IMG/VR virus record: IMGVR_UViG_3300032309_001623
Location: 1-55,037 of that record
Reading direction: 5' to 3' (one strand)
Source: a virus
Taxonomy: Duplodnaviria; Caudoviricetes
Length of the DNA: 55,037 bases
The notes beneath the pieces were generated by a model. That model searched no databases, was not told where the DNA came from, and was given only the letters and a program-made list of their open reading frames with translations. Numbering within the stretch: the stretch's first letter is position 1; every line of letters starts with the position of its first letter. Below, piece after piece: positions 32,279 to 42,603 of this stretch. The position numbers and the translations under genes were made by a program.

Positions 32279-33558
32279 CCATCTCCAGACCAGACGTTAA
32301 CTGTGATGTGATTGTGGACTTTCCGGCAACTACCCGCTTTATCAAGTTGCCGATTGTAAACTATCTCAAGCTCTTAGACATTTACGATACCATCAACAGA
32401 CCCCAAGTTGCATTAATCAACGCAGTCAACGATCCCAAGTACCGATTCGTCTGCGCTGCGCTTGCACGCAGATTAGGCAAAACCTACATAGCCAACATTA
32501 TTGGGCAGCTAGTCACCTTAGTGCCTGGGTCAAATGTCTTGATTATTTCGCCTAACTACAACTTAAGCTCAATTTCTTTTGAACTGCAACGTAAACTCAT
32601 CAAGCACTTTGATCTAGAAGTTGCCAGAGACAACTTAAAGGATAAAATAATTGAACTGGAAAACGGCAGCACTATACGCATGGGTAGCTTATCTACTGTT
32701 GATAGTACAGTTGGTAGGTCATATGATCTTATTATATTTGATGAAGCTGCCTTAGGTGAAGGTGGTGAGGCTGCATTTAACGTTGCACTTCGTCCAACCT
32801 TAGACAAGCCCAACGCCAAAGCTATCTTTATTTCAACGCCGCGCGGTCGCAACAACTGGTTTTCACAATTTTGGAATCGTGGCTTTGATCCCAACTTTCC
32901 GGAATGGATTAGCTTACAAGCTGACTACTCGGAGAATACCCGCATGGCTGAGTCAGATGTAGCTGAGGCCAGGCGGTCTATGAGCAAGGCTGAGTTTGAA
33001 CAAGAATACTTAGCATCATTTACTGTGTTTGAGGGTCAAATTTACGCACTTGCTGACGACAGTATTGCTGAGTTGCCTGAAACTATACGTGGCGAAGCCA
33101 TTGCTGGCTGTGACCCTGGCTATCGTGACGCAACAGCATTTGTGGTTATAGTTTATGACGGTATCACCGACTGTTTTTGGATTGTTGACGAATACTTAAA
33201 GTCCGAACAAACCACAGCCCAACACGCAGCAGAGTTTCAAGTCTTATGTTCACGTTGGGGTGTTGAAGTAATCTTTATTGACTCGGCTGCTGCACAATTT
33301 GCATCAGACCTTGCTTATCAATACGACCTTTCAACCACCAAAGCCAAAAAAGACGTACTACCCGGAATCGCCTATGTGCAAACTTTAGTAGCGCAGGGAA
33401 GACTAAAGATCGCTCCTCATTGCACCGAAGTCTTAGCTATGTTCGATCAGTATCGTTGGGATACTCGTGAAGGCTTGCAAAGAGAGCGCCCTATGCATGA
33501 TGAATATTCACACATGGCTGACGCAGTTAGATACGCATTGTATACTTATACCATATAG
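32272..33558 (+). CDS. terL: Terminase large subunit
   Basis: Walker A ARRLGKT, Walker B IIFDEAA, ISTP, nuclease DPG...DSA...HMADAVRY. Confidence 0.95.
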   Translation: MLTISRPDVNCDVIVDFPATTRFIKLPIVNYLKLLDIYDTINRPQVALINAVNDPKYRFVCAALARRLGKTYIANIIGQLVTLVPGSNVLIISPNYNLSSISFELQRKLIKHFDLEVARDNLKDKIIELENGSTIRMGSLSTVDSTVGRSYDLIIFDEAALGEGGEAAFNVALRPTLDKPNAKAIFISTPRGRNNWFSQFWNRGFDPNFPEWISLQADYSENTRMAESDVAEARRSMSKAEFEQEYLASFTVFEGQIYALADDSIAELPETIRGEAIAGCDPGYRDATAFVVIVYDGITDCFWIVDEYLKSEQTTAQHAAEFQVLCSRWGVEVIFIDSAAAQFASDLAYQYDLSTTKAKKDVLPGIAYVQTLVAQGRLKIAPHCTEVLAMFDQYRWDTREGLQRERPMHDEYSHMADAVRYALYTYTI

Positions 33559-33575
33559 GTAGCAAAAATATCGTG

Positions 33576-33604
33576 TTGACATTTTCTTGCCTACGGAGTA
33601 TAAT
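33576..33604 (+). promoter_or_regulatory. Sigma70 promoter upstream of dps and head genes
   Basis: TTGACA-N17-TATAAT. Confidence 0.8.
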
Positions 33605-33658
33605 ACTAGTAATTGCATGACGCATGCCAAGAAAAAATTCTCGGCACAAAGGATAATA

Positions 33659-34099
33659 ATGACGGATGAACAATACGCAAATTTGATGCGAGTAGCTTTT
33701 GCATCAGAATACAGCTTTTACTTAAAAGCACAAAATTTCCATTGGAATGTAGAAGGTTCGTTGTTTCCACAATACCACGAATTCTTTGGTAACATCTACG
33801 AAGAAGTAGGTTCTAGCATTGATACATTTGCTGAACAGCTACGTGCTTTACGTATTTATGCGCCAGCAGCGTTTGAAACCCTAGATGAACTTTCAGAAGT
33901 TGAATGTCAAGAGTCTGTACCTGATGGTATGCAAATGACTCAAGAACTACTAGCTGATTCAGACTTAATGTGTGAAATGTTCAAAGCAGTATATCAAGCT
34001 GCTGAAGCTCAGGGTGATTATGGTTTAGCTAACTTTTTAGCAGACCGTCAAGACGCACACAAAAAGCATTCATGGATGTTGCGTAGCACTTTAAAATAA
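33659..34099 (+). CDS. dps: Dps ferritin-like DNA-protection protein
   Basis: FHWNVEG..F..YHEFF..IYE...IDTFAEQLR...H.KHSWML; AAGGA RBS. Confidence 0.92.
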   Translation: MTDEQYANLMRVAFASEYSFYLKAQNFHWNVEGSLFPQYHEFFGNIYEEVGSSIDTFAEQLRALRIYAPAAFETLDELSEVECQESVPDGMQMTQELLADSDLMCEMFKAVYQAAEAQGDYGLANFLADRQDAHKKHSWMLRSTLK

Positions 34100-34530
34100 T
34101 GGCAAAAAACACAAATAAACGGATACCAGTAAAATGGGTACGTGATCGAGCTAAAGCAGCTTACGAGAAGCAAGACCACTGTTGTGTCTGTGACACCAGT
34201 GTTGATCTTGAACTACATCACTTACACTCCGTTACCATACTGTTGGAAAGATGGGCTGAACGCAAAGGCTATGACATTTCTACTGACGATGGCATTTTAG
34301 CTGTAAGAGACGAGTTTATTGCAGAGCATCATGACGAGTTGTATGTGCAGGTTTACACCCTTTGTAACCCTCACCACGTTGCGCTTCATGGTGTTTATGG
34401 TAAAGCTCCTAAACCTGGGTCGGAACCGAAACAGGCTCGATGGATCGAGATACAGCGTGAAAAGCATTTAACAGGTGGTCGTGATATACCCAAAACTAGT
34501 TCAGGTAGTTTTTTCTCAGAATTTATCTAA
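34099..34530 (+). CDS. HNH nicking endonuclease, T5-like
   Basis: CCVC...LELHH...TLCNPHH..LH.VYGK.P; between TerL and portal as in T5. Confidence 0.85.
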   Translation: MAKNTNKRIPVKWVRDRAKAAYEKQDHCCVCDTSVDLELHHLHSVTILLERWAERKGYDISTDDGILAVRDEFIAEHHDELYVQVYTLCNPHHVALHGVYGKAPKPGSEPKQARWIEIQREKHLTGGRDIPKTSSGSFFSEFI

Positions 34531-34538
34531 GGAAAATT

Positions 34539-35723
34539 ATGAACTGGTTTCAAAAAAGCACTGAGTGGGTTCGCGAGAAACTAAACCCAGCTCAAGTAAG
34601 AATTGCACAAAGTGAGGGTACTAGAATTGGTACCACCGCTAAAATCGGTTATTTACAAGCATTTCAAAAAGTAGAAGCTGTAAATAGAGCCGTTAACATG
34701 GTAGTGTCTGCCGCTTCAAGTTTGGACTACGATGTTAAAGACAAAGTACATGATGGTGTTGTTGTTGGTATTCGCCAAAAACAACTAGCCACCCTGCTGA
34801 ATTTTAGGCCTAATCCCTATCAGTCAGCACAAGAATTCAGAATGGCAATCTTTAAAGATTTGATCTTGGATGGTAACGTGTTTATACACTTTGATGGTGT
34901 ATTTATGTACCACCTGCCAGCAATTGAAGTACAGATTTTACCAGATACTAAAACGTTTATTAGTGGATATTTATATAACGGATTAACTGAGTTTAAAGAG
35001 TCAGAAGTATTTCACTTTAAAGATATTAACTCCAGAAGTATTTATCGTGGTAGTAGCAGAATTGAGTCGGCAGAACAGTCGATCAACTTGTTGTACTCCA
35101 TGAAAGAGTTTCAAGACCAGTTCTTTGATAACGGTGCTGTGTTTGGCTTAGTGTTAACTAGCGATAACACGCTTTCACAAGTTGCCAAAGAAAGAACAAT
35201 TCAAAACTGGTTACAAAGATATAGTGCTAAGGCTGGTGGTAAAAAGCCAGTAATCTTAGACTCAGGACTTAAACCTAGTTCCCTATCTAACACAAATTTC
35301 AAAGACATGGATTTTGATCAGTCGATCCAAACTCACAGCTCTATGATATTGCAAGCAATTGGAGTTCCGCCAATCTTATTAGAAGGCGGCAACAATGCCA
35401 ATATTAGTCCTAATTTAAGACTATTCTACTTAGAAACAGTAATGCCTATAGTTAGACGTTTTACGTCTGCCTTAGAAAGATATTACGGTTACGACATTGA
35501 AGCAATTACAAGTTCAGTTTCCGCCCTACAACCAGAATTAAAAGACATTGCTGCATATCACTCCACGTTAGTTAATGCAGGAATTATTACAGCTAACGAA
35601 GCACGAACAGAATTACGTTATAGCACCATTACAGGCAATGACGAATTAAGAATACCAGCAAATATTGCTGGTTCAGCTGCTAACCCAGCTACTGGAGGAC
35701 GTCCCGCCTCCGCAAAAGAATAA
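34539..35723 (+). CDS. Portal protein (HK97 family)
   Basis: RPNPYQS..EF...GN...FFDNGA...IGVPPILL...ITANEAR. Confidence 0.92.
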   Translation: MNWFQKSTEWVREKLNPAQVRIAQSEGTRIGTTAKIGYLQAFQKVEAVNRAVNMVVSAASSLDYDVKDKVHDGVVVGIRQKQLATLLNFRPNPYQSAQEFRMAIFKDLILDGNVFIHFDGVFMYHLPAIEVQILPDTKTFISGYLYNGLTEFKESEVFHFKDINSRSIYRGSSRIESAEQSINLLYSMKEFQDQFFDNGAVFGLVLTSDNTLSQVAKERTIQNWLQRYSAKAGGKKPVILDSGLKPSSLSNTNFKDMDFDQSIQTHSSMILQAIGVPPILLEGGNNANISPNLRLFYLETVMPIVRRFTSALERYYGYDIEAITSSVSALQPELKDIAAYHSTLVNAGIITANEARTELRYSTITGNDELRIPANIAGSAANPATGGRPASAKE

Positions 35724-35735
35724 CAAGGGGTAAAA

Positions 35736-37682
35736 ATGGTAGATAAAAACAAAGTACTAACGCTTACTAGTACATTCACAAAAAGTAATGATCTACCTAC
35801 CAAAAACGATATTATTGACTCTGTTATGATCGAAGGTTACGCAAGTACCAACGATGTGGACAGACAAGGCGATATTGTACCAGCCAGTGTTTGGACGGCG
35901 GGCATGGAGAATTACTTGAAAAATCCAGTAATTCTTGCTTATCACGAACACTGTGAGCCAATTGGTAGGATGGTGGAACACAGAATTGACGAAAAGGGAT
36001 TGTGGATTAAAGCCAGAATCTCGGCAGCAGCAGAAGATGTGTTCAATCTTGTAAAAGACGGCGTATTAACTGCATTTAGCATTGGCTTCCGCATCGTCGA
36101 TGCAGAGTACAATTCAGCTGCAGAGCTGTTTGTAGTAAAAGAACTGGAATTGCACGAAATATCTGTTGTGTCAGTACCAGCAAATCAAAATACAATTTTC
36201 AGTCTTTCTAAAGCATTTAATACTGCTGAAGAATTTAAATCTTTCAAAATGCAATTTGCACCCAAAAGCGAGTCAGCTAAAGGGCTAGAATCCTCTACGG
36301 AAGCAAAAAGCGATATTAATAAGGAATGGAACATCATGGATCCAAAAGAATTAGAACAAATGTTGGCTAAGGCTGCCTCTACAGCTGCTGAGCAAACTGC
36401 GAAAGCAATTGCCGAACAACAAGCCAAGTCCGTAGCTGAACAAGCTGCAAAAGAAAAACAACAAGCTGAATTTGACGAAAAAGTTAAAGCAGCTGTAATT
36501 AGCTCAGGTCAATCTGGTGCTGAAAAACTATTGGCCGAAGTTGAAAAGCGTTTAGCTGCAACTGAAGAAAGCCACAAGGGTGCTCTAGCAGGTCTAGAAG
36601 CTGCTCTAAAAGATAAAGCTGCTGAAATTGAAGCTATCACAAAATCTAAAATGTCTTTCCAAGACAGCAAAGACGGTATGTCTTACGCTGACAAAGAAAA
36701 GGCAGTTATGTTAGCTAAAATGGCTGGCAAGTCTTTAGATGGCACAAAATTTGGTCGTGAACTAGTACAAAAATACGGTGCACACGTTCCTTCAGCTACA
36801 TGGGAACTAGAAGTTAGCTTAAACCTAGAATCTGAAGTTCGTCGTCGTTTAGTTGTTGCTCCAGTGTTCCGTAACATTGCTATGCAAACTAACGTAATGA
36901 CAATTCCAGTAAATCCAGAAGCAGGTACTGCTACTTGGGTTACTAACGCAGAGTTTGGCGCTGTTCCTGCTACTCTTGGTTCTGCTGGTGCAAGTGCTGG
37001 TAACAATGCTACTCATGCACTAAAAGAGATTACTCTAAACGCATACAAACTAGCTACAAACGAGTACACAGCATACGAAGAAGAAGAAGATGCACTAGTT
37101 GCTCTAATGCCAATTATCCGTGATGGTATGGTTCGTCGTGTTGCTCGCGCTGTTGACAAGGCATTCTTGTTAGGTGCTGGTTCTGGTTCTGACCCTGTTA
37201 AAGGTCTAGCAAACTGGGCTACTAACACAACTGCTACAGGTAACACAGTTGCCGCAGGTATGACAGTTGCTAAGATGCGCACTCTACGTCAAGGTCTTGG
37301 TGCTTGGGGTCTAGACCCACAAGAAGTAATTTATATCGTTAATACCGATACATATTACCAGTTGCTAGAAGACACAGTCTTCCAGACAATGAACCAAGTT
37401 GGTACACAAGCTACATTACTAACTGGCCAAATTGGTCAGATCGGTGGTAGTCCAGTACTAGTTTCCGCAGAATTCGCTAGCCCAGCTAGTGGTGTTGCCG
37501 GTGCAGTTTGCTTGAACCCAGGTAACTTCATTGTTGGTAACCAACGCGGTCTACGTATTGACACTCAAGAATTAGTTGAAACACAACGTCGTGTAATGGT
37601 AGCTAGCCTACGTACAGGTATGACACGTGTTACTACTAACCTAGGTAACGCTGTTACAGCACACAAGTACACAGCATCTTAA
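35736..37682 (+). CDS. Prohead protease fused in frame to the HK97-fold major capsid protein
   Basis: IEGYAST..DRQGD...H...FSIGF...EISVVSVPAN (protease), then a coiled-coil delta domain and capsid; internal AAGGAA + ATG at 36336. Confidence 0.9.
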   Translation: MVDKNKVLTLTSTFTKSNDLPTKNDIIDSVMIEGYASTNDVDRQGDIVPASVWTAGMENYLKNPVILAYHEHCEPIGRMVEHRIDEKGLWIKARISAAAEDVFNLVKDGVLTAFSIGFRIVDAEYNSAAELFVVKELELHEISVVSVPANQNTIFSLSKAFNTAEEFKSFKMQFAPKSESAKGLESSTEAKSDINKEWNIMDPKELEQMLAKAASTAAEQTAKAIAEQQAKSVAEQAAKEKQQAEFDEKVKAAVISSGQSGAEKLLAEVEKRLAATEESHKGALAGLEAALKDKAAEIEAITKSKMSFQDSKDGMSYADKEKAVMLAKMAGKSLDGTKFGRELVQKYGAHVPSATWELEVSLNLESEVRRRLVVAPVFRNIAMQTNVMTIPVNPEAGTATWVTNAEFGAVPATLGSAGASAGNNATHALKEITLNAYKLATNEYTAYEEEEDALVALMPIIRDGMVRRVARAVDKAFLLGAGSGSDPVKGLANWATNTTATGNTVAAGMTVAKMRTLRQGLGAWGLDPQEVIYIVNTDTYYQLLEDTVFQTMNQVGTQATLLTGQIGQIGGSPVLVSAEFASPASGVAGAVCLNPGNFIVGNQRGLRIDTQELVETQRRVMVASLRTGMTRVTTNLGNAVTAHKYTAS

Positions 37683-37702
37683 TCAGTTAAGTTGTTGAGT
37701 TT

Positions 37703-37728
37703 GACAGGGCTTTCGAGCCCTGTCTTTT
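37703..37728 (+). terminator. Intrinsic terminator after capsid
   Basis: GACAGGGC-TTTCGA-GCCCTGTC-TTTT. Confidence 0.85.
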
Positions 37729-37771
37729 AAATGGATTTTTAGAGTCCATTTAAAAGACAAGAGAGGTAAAC

Positions 37772-38341
37772 ATGGGATTAAATCTTACAACAAAAGCAGA
37801 CTACAAAGCCTACGCTGGAATTAAGAGTACTAATGAAGATGCTGTAATTGATTTCATTATTCCAAAAGTTTCTGAATTGGTTAAAAATTACTGTGGTAGA
37901 ACATTTGTAGACTATTGGGTAACACCTAAGACTGAAATATTTAACGGTGATGTAAAAAAGTTTATTTTAGCAGAAACACCTGTAGCTACAATTACCAGTG
38001 TTCAAGGCAGCATAGATTACGGTCAAACATACACTAACCTAGAACAGTATAAAGAGTGGGTACGAGAAGACGATACAGTACTAAGTTTAAATACTTCTGG
38101 CTATTTTCCTAAATTAATTCGTGGGTATAAAGTTGTTTATACTGCAGGTTACGATGATGTACCTGGTGATTTAGAGGCCGCAGTTATTGATCTAGTAACT
38201 TATTATCGTAGGCATGACGGAACAATTCATAGTTCAAAATCAGTTGGTAGTAATACAACGCAGATTGAGTATATTACTACTACTAGCTTGCCAGCACACA
38301 TTAGACGCGTATTAGACTTATACAGAGCGGACTATACATGA
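37772..38341 (+). CDS. Head completion/head-tail connector protein (T5 p144-like)
   Basis: YCGRTF...KVVYTAGYDDVPGDL...PAHIRRVLDLYR; position. Confidence 0.8.
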   Translation: MGLNLTTKADYKAYAGIKSTNEDAVIDFIIPKVSELVKNYCGRTFVDYWVTPKTEIFNGDVKKFILAETPVATITSVQGSIDYGQTYTNLEQYKEWVREDDTVLSLNTSGYFPKLIRGYKVVYTAGYDDVPGDLEAAVIDLVTYYRRHDGTIHSSKSVGSNTTQIEYITTTSLPAHIRRVLDLYRADYT

Positions 38342-39936
38342 GCGTAGCACAATTTAGCCCAGTACTTAGAGACAGAATTATTCAGATATTTTCAGATAGT
38401 TCTAACAAAGTAGATCTGGCTAATTTTGGACCAAAAACACGAAAACAACTTTTTAAAGCAGCGCCTACAACAAAAGATTTCCGTAGTAGATTTGAGTCTG
38501 CTGATTATCATAATGCAAGTTTAACGGTTGATGGTATATCAGCACTAACTGCAAAGCTAATAACAACGGTAGAGGACGAAAGCTCTAAAAAATTAGTAGA
38601 AAATTTATTTAATAATACTAACTTCTTTTTTAACTTTAGTGACTATGTTGAGCAGCAACAGTCAAGTCAAGGTCGTCAAGGTGCATTTATAGAATATGGT
38701 GCCGGTGACATTCGTATTGAAAATGTGCCGCAAAAAAGTCTAAGAGACTATTTTGTAACGTATATAAATGAAAATCTTTCGGGTGTACCGCAACAAGTAA
38801 AAGATACTTTAGCTAAAAATGTTCAGTCCGGACACTTAGCTGGCGTGCTATTCTTAAAGTTAAAAACAGCTTTAGGCGTAAAAACTTCTGTAAGCACATC
38901 GGTAGAAAGCGGTTATAGAGACTTTACAGTGTCTATGGAAGGCTTAGAAGACGCTAACGCGTTAAAAGCATTAGACAGTATAATGAAAGCTATTATTGAT
39001 GCCGACTATCTTACCAGTAATCTAGTCAGTAATTCTCAAGTATTTATTGATGCTACAAAATCAGTTCTTGGAAATAATCCACGCTTATATACTGAGTTAC
39101 AGTTTGAAGAAGATAACGCAGCCTCCGGAAGATTACTAAATAAAGTTGGAACACAACTAAATGCTTTGATAAAAGCAGCAAGTGCTGCTGAGCAAAGTTC
39201 AGCAAATGATGCTATTAAAGGCTTAGTAAAGAGTTTACAGCCTGTAGCAGATGTTATTTTGCAGAGGGTAGAAGAGCTCAAAGAGCCATTATCCAAACAA
39301 GGTCTATACAATCAAATTAAAAATAATGCTTTGTACTTAACTCAACAGTTAATAAATGCTCCGGGTTCTGTAACTCTTGTACAAGGTATTGGTAAAAACA
39401 TAGCTAATGTGATTAAAACTGGTAAAAGTTTACCGGCATCAACAACAAAGATTAGGCCCAAGCCTATAAAGCAAAAGCACAAAGAAGTATTGGACATTTC
39501 CAAAACTACTAAGGAATTTATAAAATCTGCTGAGAAGTTAAAAACAGCAATAAAAAATACTAGAGCAAAAACTGTACAAGTCAGGGCACAAAATACTCCC
39601 GCAAGTACTGTAAATTTACCTAAACTATTGATGTTTATAAACCAACATTTGCAAGATGTTATAAGTGCTAATATGGGTGACGGTAGCCGCCGCGATGTTT
39701 TAAACTATAGAACAGGTAGATTTGCTGGCTCTGTAAAAGTTGAAAACTTATCTGAAAGTAGGGCGGGTATGATAACTGCATTTTACAGTTATATGAAAAA
39801 CCCATATGCAACTTTTAGTCAAGGTGGTCGTCAAGAACGTCCAAAAACCCGCGACCCTAAACTGCTGATTGCAACATCAATACGAGAAATTGCTGCTCAG
39901 CAGGTAGCAAATCAATTAAGGGCAGTAGTAGTATGA
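38338..39936 (+). CDS. Tail completion protein (T5 p143-like C-terminus) with a large N-terminal region
   Basis: LNYRTGRFA.SV...YSYMKNPYATF...RDPKLLI..SIREIA; position. Confidence 0.7.
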   Translation: MSVAQFSPVLRDRIIQIFSDSSNKVDLANFGPKTRKQLFKAAPTTKDFRSRFESADYHNASLTVDGISALTAKLITTVEDESSKKLVENLFNNTNFFFNFSDYVEQQQSSQGRQGAFIEYGAGDIRIENVPQKSLRDYFVTYINENLSGVPQQVKDTLAKNVQSGHLAGVLFLKLKTALGVKTSVSTSVESGYRDFTVSMEGLEDANALKALDSIMKAIIDADYLTSNLVSNSQVFIDATKSVLGNNPRLYTELQFEEDNAASGRLLNKVGTQLNALIKAASAAEQSSANDAIKGLVKSLQPVADVILQRVEELKEPLSKQGLYNQIKNNALYLTQQLINAPGSVTLVQGIGKNIANVIKTGKSLPASTTKIRPKPIKQKHKEVLDISKTTKEFIKSAEKLKTAIKNTRAKTVQVRAQNTPASTVNLPKLLMFINQHLQDVISANMGDGSRRDVLNYRTGRFAGSVKVENLSESRAGMITAFYSYMKNPYATFSQGGRQERPKTRDPKLLIATSIREIAAQQVANQLRAVVV

Positions 39937-40376
39937 GCCGTAGAACATCAATAGTTACAGCATTAGCCGCAAAATTAAACACAATAAATGGACAAGGTGT
40001 CTATAAAACCAATCTATTTAATAATGCTTACCCTAAGTTGAAGTTTTGGGATGAAGTAAATGACTTTCCTTCTGTATATATCTCACCAGGAATGGAACAA
40101 AGAGAGTATCAACTAGCAGATTTTGCTTGGGGACTGTTAGGTGTTTCAATAAAAGTATATTGCAAAGGCGAAGATAGCCAGCAACAACTTGAACAGCTGT
40201 TACAAGACATTGAAACTTGCGTAGATGCAAATCGTAGATTGGTATATGACACTGATACCAGAAACAACTTTGAAACAATAGAAATTTTGGTTCAAAGTAT
40301 AACTACCGACGAAGGACTATTAGCTCCTTATGCAATCGGTGAAATTAATTTACAAGTCCGATATCAGGTCATGTAA
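39933..40376 (+). CDS. Tail terminator (T5 p142-like)
   Basis: MSRRTSI...FWDEVNDFP...ITTDEGLLAPYAIGEI. Confidence 0.8.
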   Translation: MSRRTSIVTALAAKLNTINGQGVYKTNLFNNAYPKLKFWDEVNDFPSVYISPGMEQREYQLADFAWGLLGVSIKVYCKGEDSQQQLEQLLQDIETCVDANRRLVYDTDTRNNFETIEILVQSITTDEGLLAPYAIGEINLQVRYQVM

Positions 40377-40451
40377 ACAACCATGCTAAAGTGCTAATAA
40401 CAGATAAATGTCTAGTTTATGTACTAAAGCATTAACAAAAAAGGAAATGAA

Positions 40452-41672
40452 ATGGCATTTAATTTAATTCGTAACGCCAGAGTATTCTTTACCACGAAAG
40501 TTGACTCTTTTGGAGTAGTAACAACTGGTGCCGGGGCCGGCCCAGATATGACTACTAATGATACATTTGAAATTCAAGTGTTAGATGGTTTAAGTTTTAC
40601 TCAGAACACAACAACAGAAACTATTACCTTAAATGAAGCAGGCGGAACACCTAACCGTGGTCAACGTAACTTCAATACTGCATTAGAGCCTGTTGACTTC
40701 TCTTTTAGCACTTACATTCGTCCACGTGACGCTCAAGCTACTACAGGCAGTCGCCAAGTTACTGCAGAAGAAAAGCACTTGTGGAACGCTATGTTCAGCC
40801 AAGTTGCACTAAGCGGAAGTTATAACGCTACCGGTTCTACTGCTTGGACAGACAGTGCAGTAGGTGCAGGCACTTTTGCTGCTGTTACACTAGCAAACTC
40901 TAACAAAAATCAACTATTGCCTTTTGGTATGATTATTTGTTTGGACGACGCAACTTTTGTTATTGACAATTGCGTTATGGACTCTGCAACAATGGATTTT
41001 GGTTTAGACACAATCGCCATGATTCAGTGGGCAGGAAAAGCCTCAGCAATTCGTCAGTTTGGTAAAACTACCTTAGCAGATAATGTTGGTCTAAAGAAAA
41101 CTGTAGCTACTTCAGCTAGTGACAGCCCATTTATTGGCGAAGCTGTACTAAAAGACACAAAAGCTGCTTACCTAGCTAACAAGCTAAGCACTATTACCCT
41201 ATACAAAGATATTAACGGTACAGTTACTGGTCCTTACGACATTGCCCTAACAGGCGGTAACGTAACAATCAGCAACAATGTTACATATTTAACACCTTCA
41301 AACTTAGGCGTTGTTAACCAACCTATTACCTACTTTACAGGTACTCGCTCAGTAACAGGTAGTGTAAATGCATATTTACGCACAGGTACACTAAGCGCAA
41401 CAGCACTATACAATGCACTTATCACTGCAAGTTCAAGCGATGTAAATCCAGCTTACAACTTAAAGATGAGCATTGGTGGTACAGCAACAGCTGGAACACG
41501 TGTTGACCTAGTAATGCCAGCCGTTGTACTACAGATTCCTACAATTGCCACAGAACAAATTATTTCTACTACCATCGGCTTTACAGCTCAAGGTTCAGCT
41601 AGCAATGCGTTTGATATTGGTTCAAATAACGAAATTGAAGTTCGTTACTTTGTAGCAGATACTGACTATTAA
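40452..41672 (+). CDS. Major tail tube protein (T5 pb6-like)
   Basis: LIRNARVF...EIQVLDG.SF.Q...RGQRNFNTAL.PVDFSFSTYIRP. Confidence 0.88.
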   Translation: MAFNLIRNARVFFTTKVDSFGVVTTGAGAGPDMTTNDTFEIQVLDGLSFTQNTTTETITLNEAGGTPNRGQRNFNTALEPVDFSFSTYIRPRDAQATTGSRQVTAEEKHLWNAMFSQVALSGSYNATGSTAWTDSAVGAGTFAAVTLANSNKNQLLPFGMIICLDDATFVIDNCVMDSATMDFGLDTIAMIQWAGKASAIRQFGKTTLADNVGLKKTVATSASDSPFIGEAVLKDTKAAYLANKLSTITLYKDINGTVTGPYDIALTGGNVTISNNVTYLTPSNLGVVNQPITYFTGTRSVTGSVNAYLRTGTLSATALYNALITASSSDVNPAYNLKMSIGGTATAGTRVDLVMPAVVLQIPTIATEQIISTTIGFTAQGSASNAFDIGSNNEIEVRYFVADTDY

Positions 41673-41686
41673 TCAATAGCGGTTTT

Positions 41687-41720
41687 ATAGATGCCGGCCA
41701 GATCACCGGCATCTCTTTTT
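41687..41720 (+). terminator. Intrinsic terminator
   Basis: AGATGCCGG...CCGGCATCT followed by a T run. Confidence 0.8.
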
Positions 41721-41752
41721 AAATTAAGTAAACTATTATAATAAGGACACTA

Positions 41753-42169
41753 ATGTCACAGCTCTCTCTTAAATCAATGCTGGTTCCTAGCAAAACAAAT
41801 ACTGTTGAATATCCAGGTATGCCAGGTTTTGAGGTTACTATTAGCTTTTTATCACGCGAAACTCTACAGTCTATTCGCAAAAAAGCTACAAAGACCAGTT
41901 TTAAAAATCGTCAGCCCGTTGAAGAATTAAACGATGATTTATTCTTGCAACTTTATTCTGAAAACTCTATCAAGGGTTGGAAGGGGTTAAAGTTAAAATA
42001 TCTCGAACAACTTGCACCTGTTGATATTGCTGGTTCAGACCCAGAATCTGAACTAGACTTCTCAAACGAAGATGCGCTAGCACTAATGAAGTCTAGCAGC
42101 AACTTTGATAGCTTTATCAGCGAACAGGTTACAGACTTGGGAAACTTTTCGACGAACAAACAGAGCTAA
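41753..42169 (+). CDS. Tail assembly chaperone
   Basis: Between tail tube and tape measure; ends VTDLGNF at a slippery site. Confidence 0.8.
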   Translation: MSQLSLKSMLVPSKTNTVEYPGMPGFEVTISFLSRETLQSIRKKATKTSFKNRQPVEELNDDLFLQLYSENSIKGWKGLKLKYLEQLAPVDIAGSDPESELDFSNEDALALMKSSSNFDSFISEQVTDLGNFSTNKQS

Positions 42170-42537
42170 TCTTAAGTAAACTTGATAACTACTTTCAGAA
42201 TTCTGATGTTGGCATGACCAAAGATCAGTATTTTGAAATGTGTGATGCAATGGGCAGCGATCCTGTCGAATCAGAAATACCAGTTGATATATCCGACTTT
42301 CCTTTTGAAATACAGGAAACATTTAACATCTATTACTTGTTAACAGATGTTTGGGATGGTATGAGTGGTACTTATCAAGGTAAGAACACATCAATTGTCT
42401 TTAGTTTGTTTGAATTATACAAAATTGATAAAGAAGACCAATTAGTTTACTTAATGTACATTCGTGGAATAGACAATGTTCGCAAACGTCTAATAAACGA
42501 AAAAGTAAAAAAGCAAGCTGAAAAGCCCTCTGCCTAA
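42139..42537 (+). CDS. Tail assembly chaperone -1 frameshift extension
   Basis: G-GGA-AAC at 42139-42145; the -1 frame is open into ORF 42214..42537. Confidence 0.75.
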   Translation, partial: GKLFDEQTELILSKLDNYFQNSDVGMTKDQYFEMCDAMGSDPVESEIPVDISDFPFEIQETFNIYYLLTDVWDGMSGTYQGKNTSIVFSLFELYKIDKEDQLVYLMYIRGIDNVRKRLINEKVKKQAEKPSA

Positions 42538-42574
42538 CGGTCGGGGGCTTTTTTATTGCTTAAAATTTTTTGGT

Positions 42575-42603
42575 TTGACAATTTTTTGTGTTAGTGCTAT
42601 AAT
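42575..42603 (+). promoter_or_regulatory. Sigma70 promoter for the tape-measure operon, just after a terminator at 42522-42554
   Basis: TTGACA-N17-TATAAT. Confidence 0.8.
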
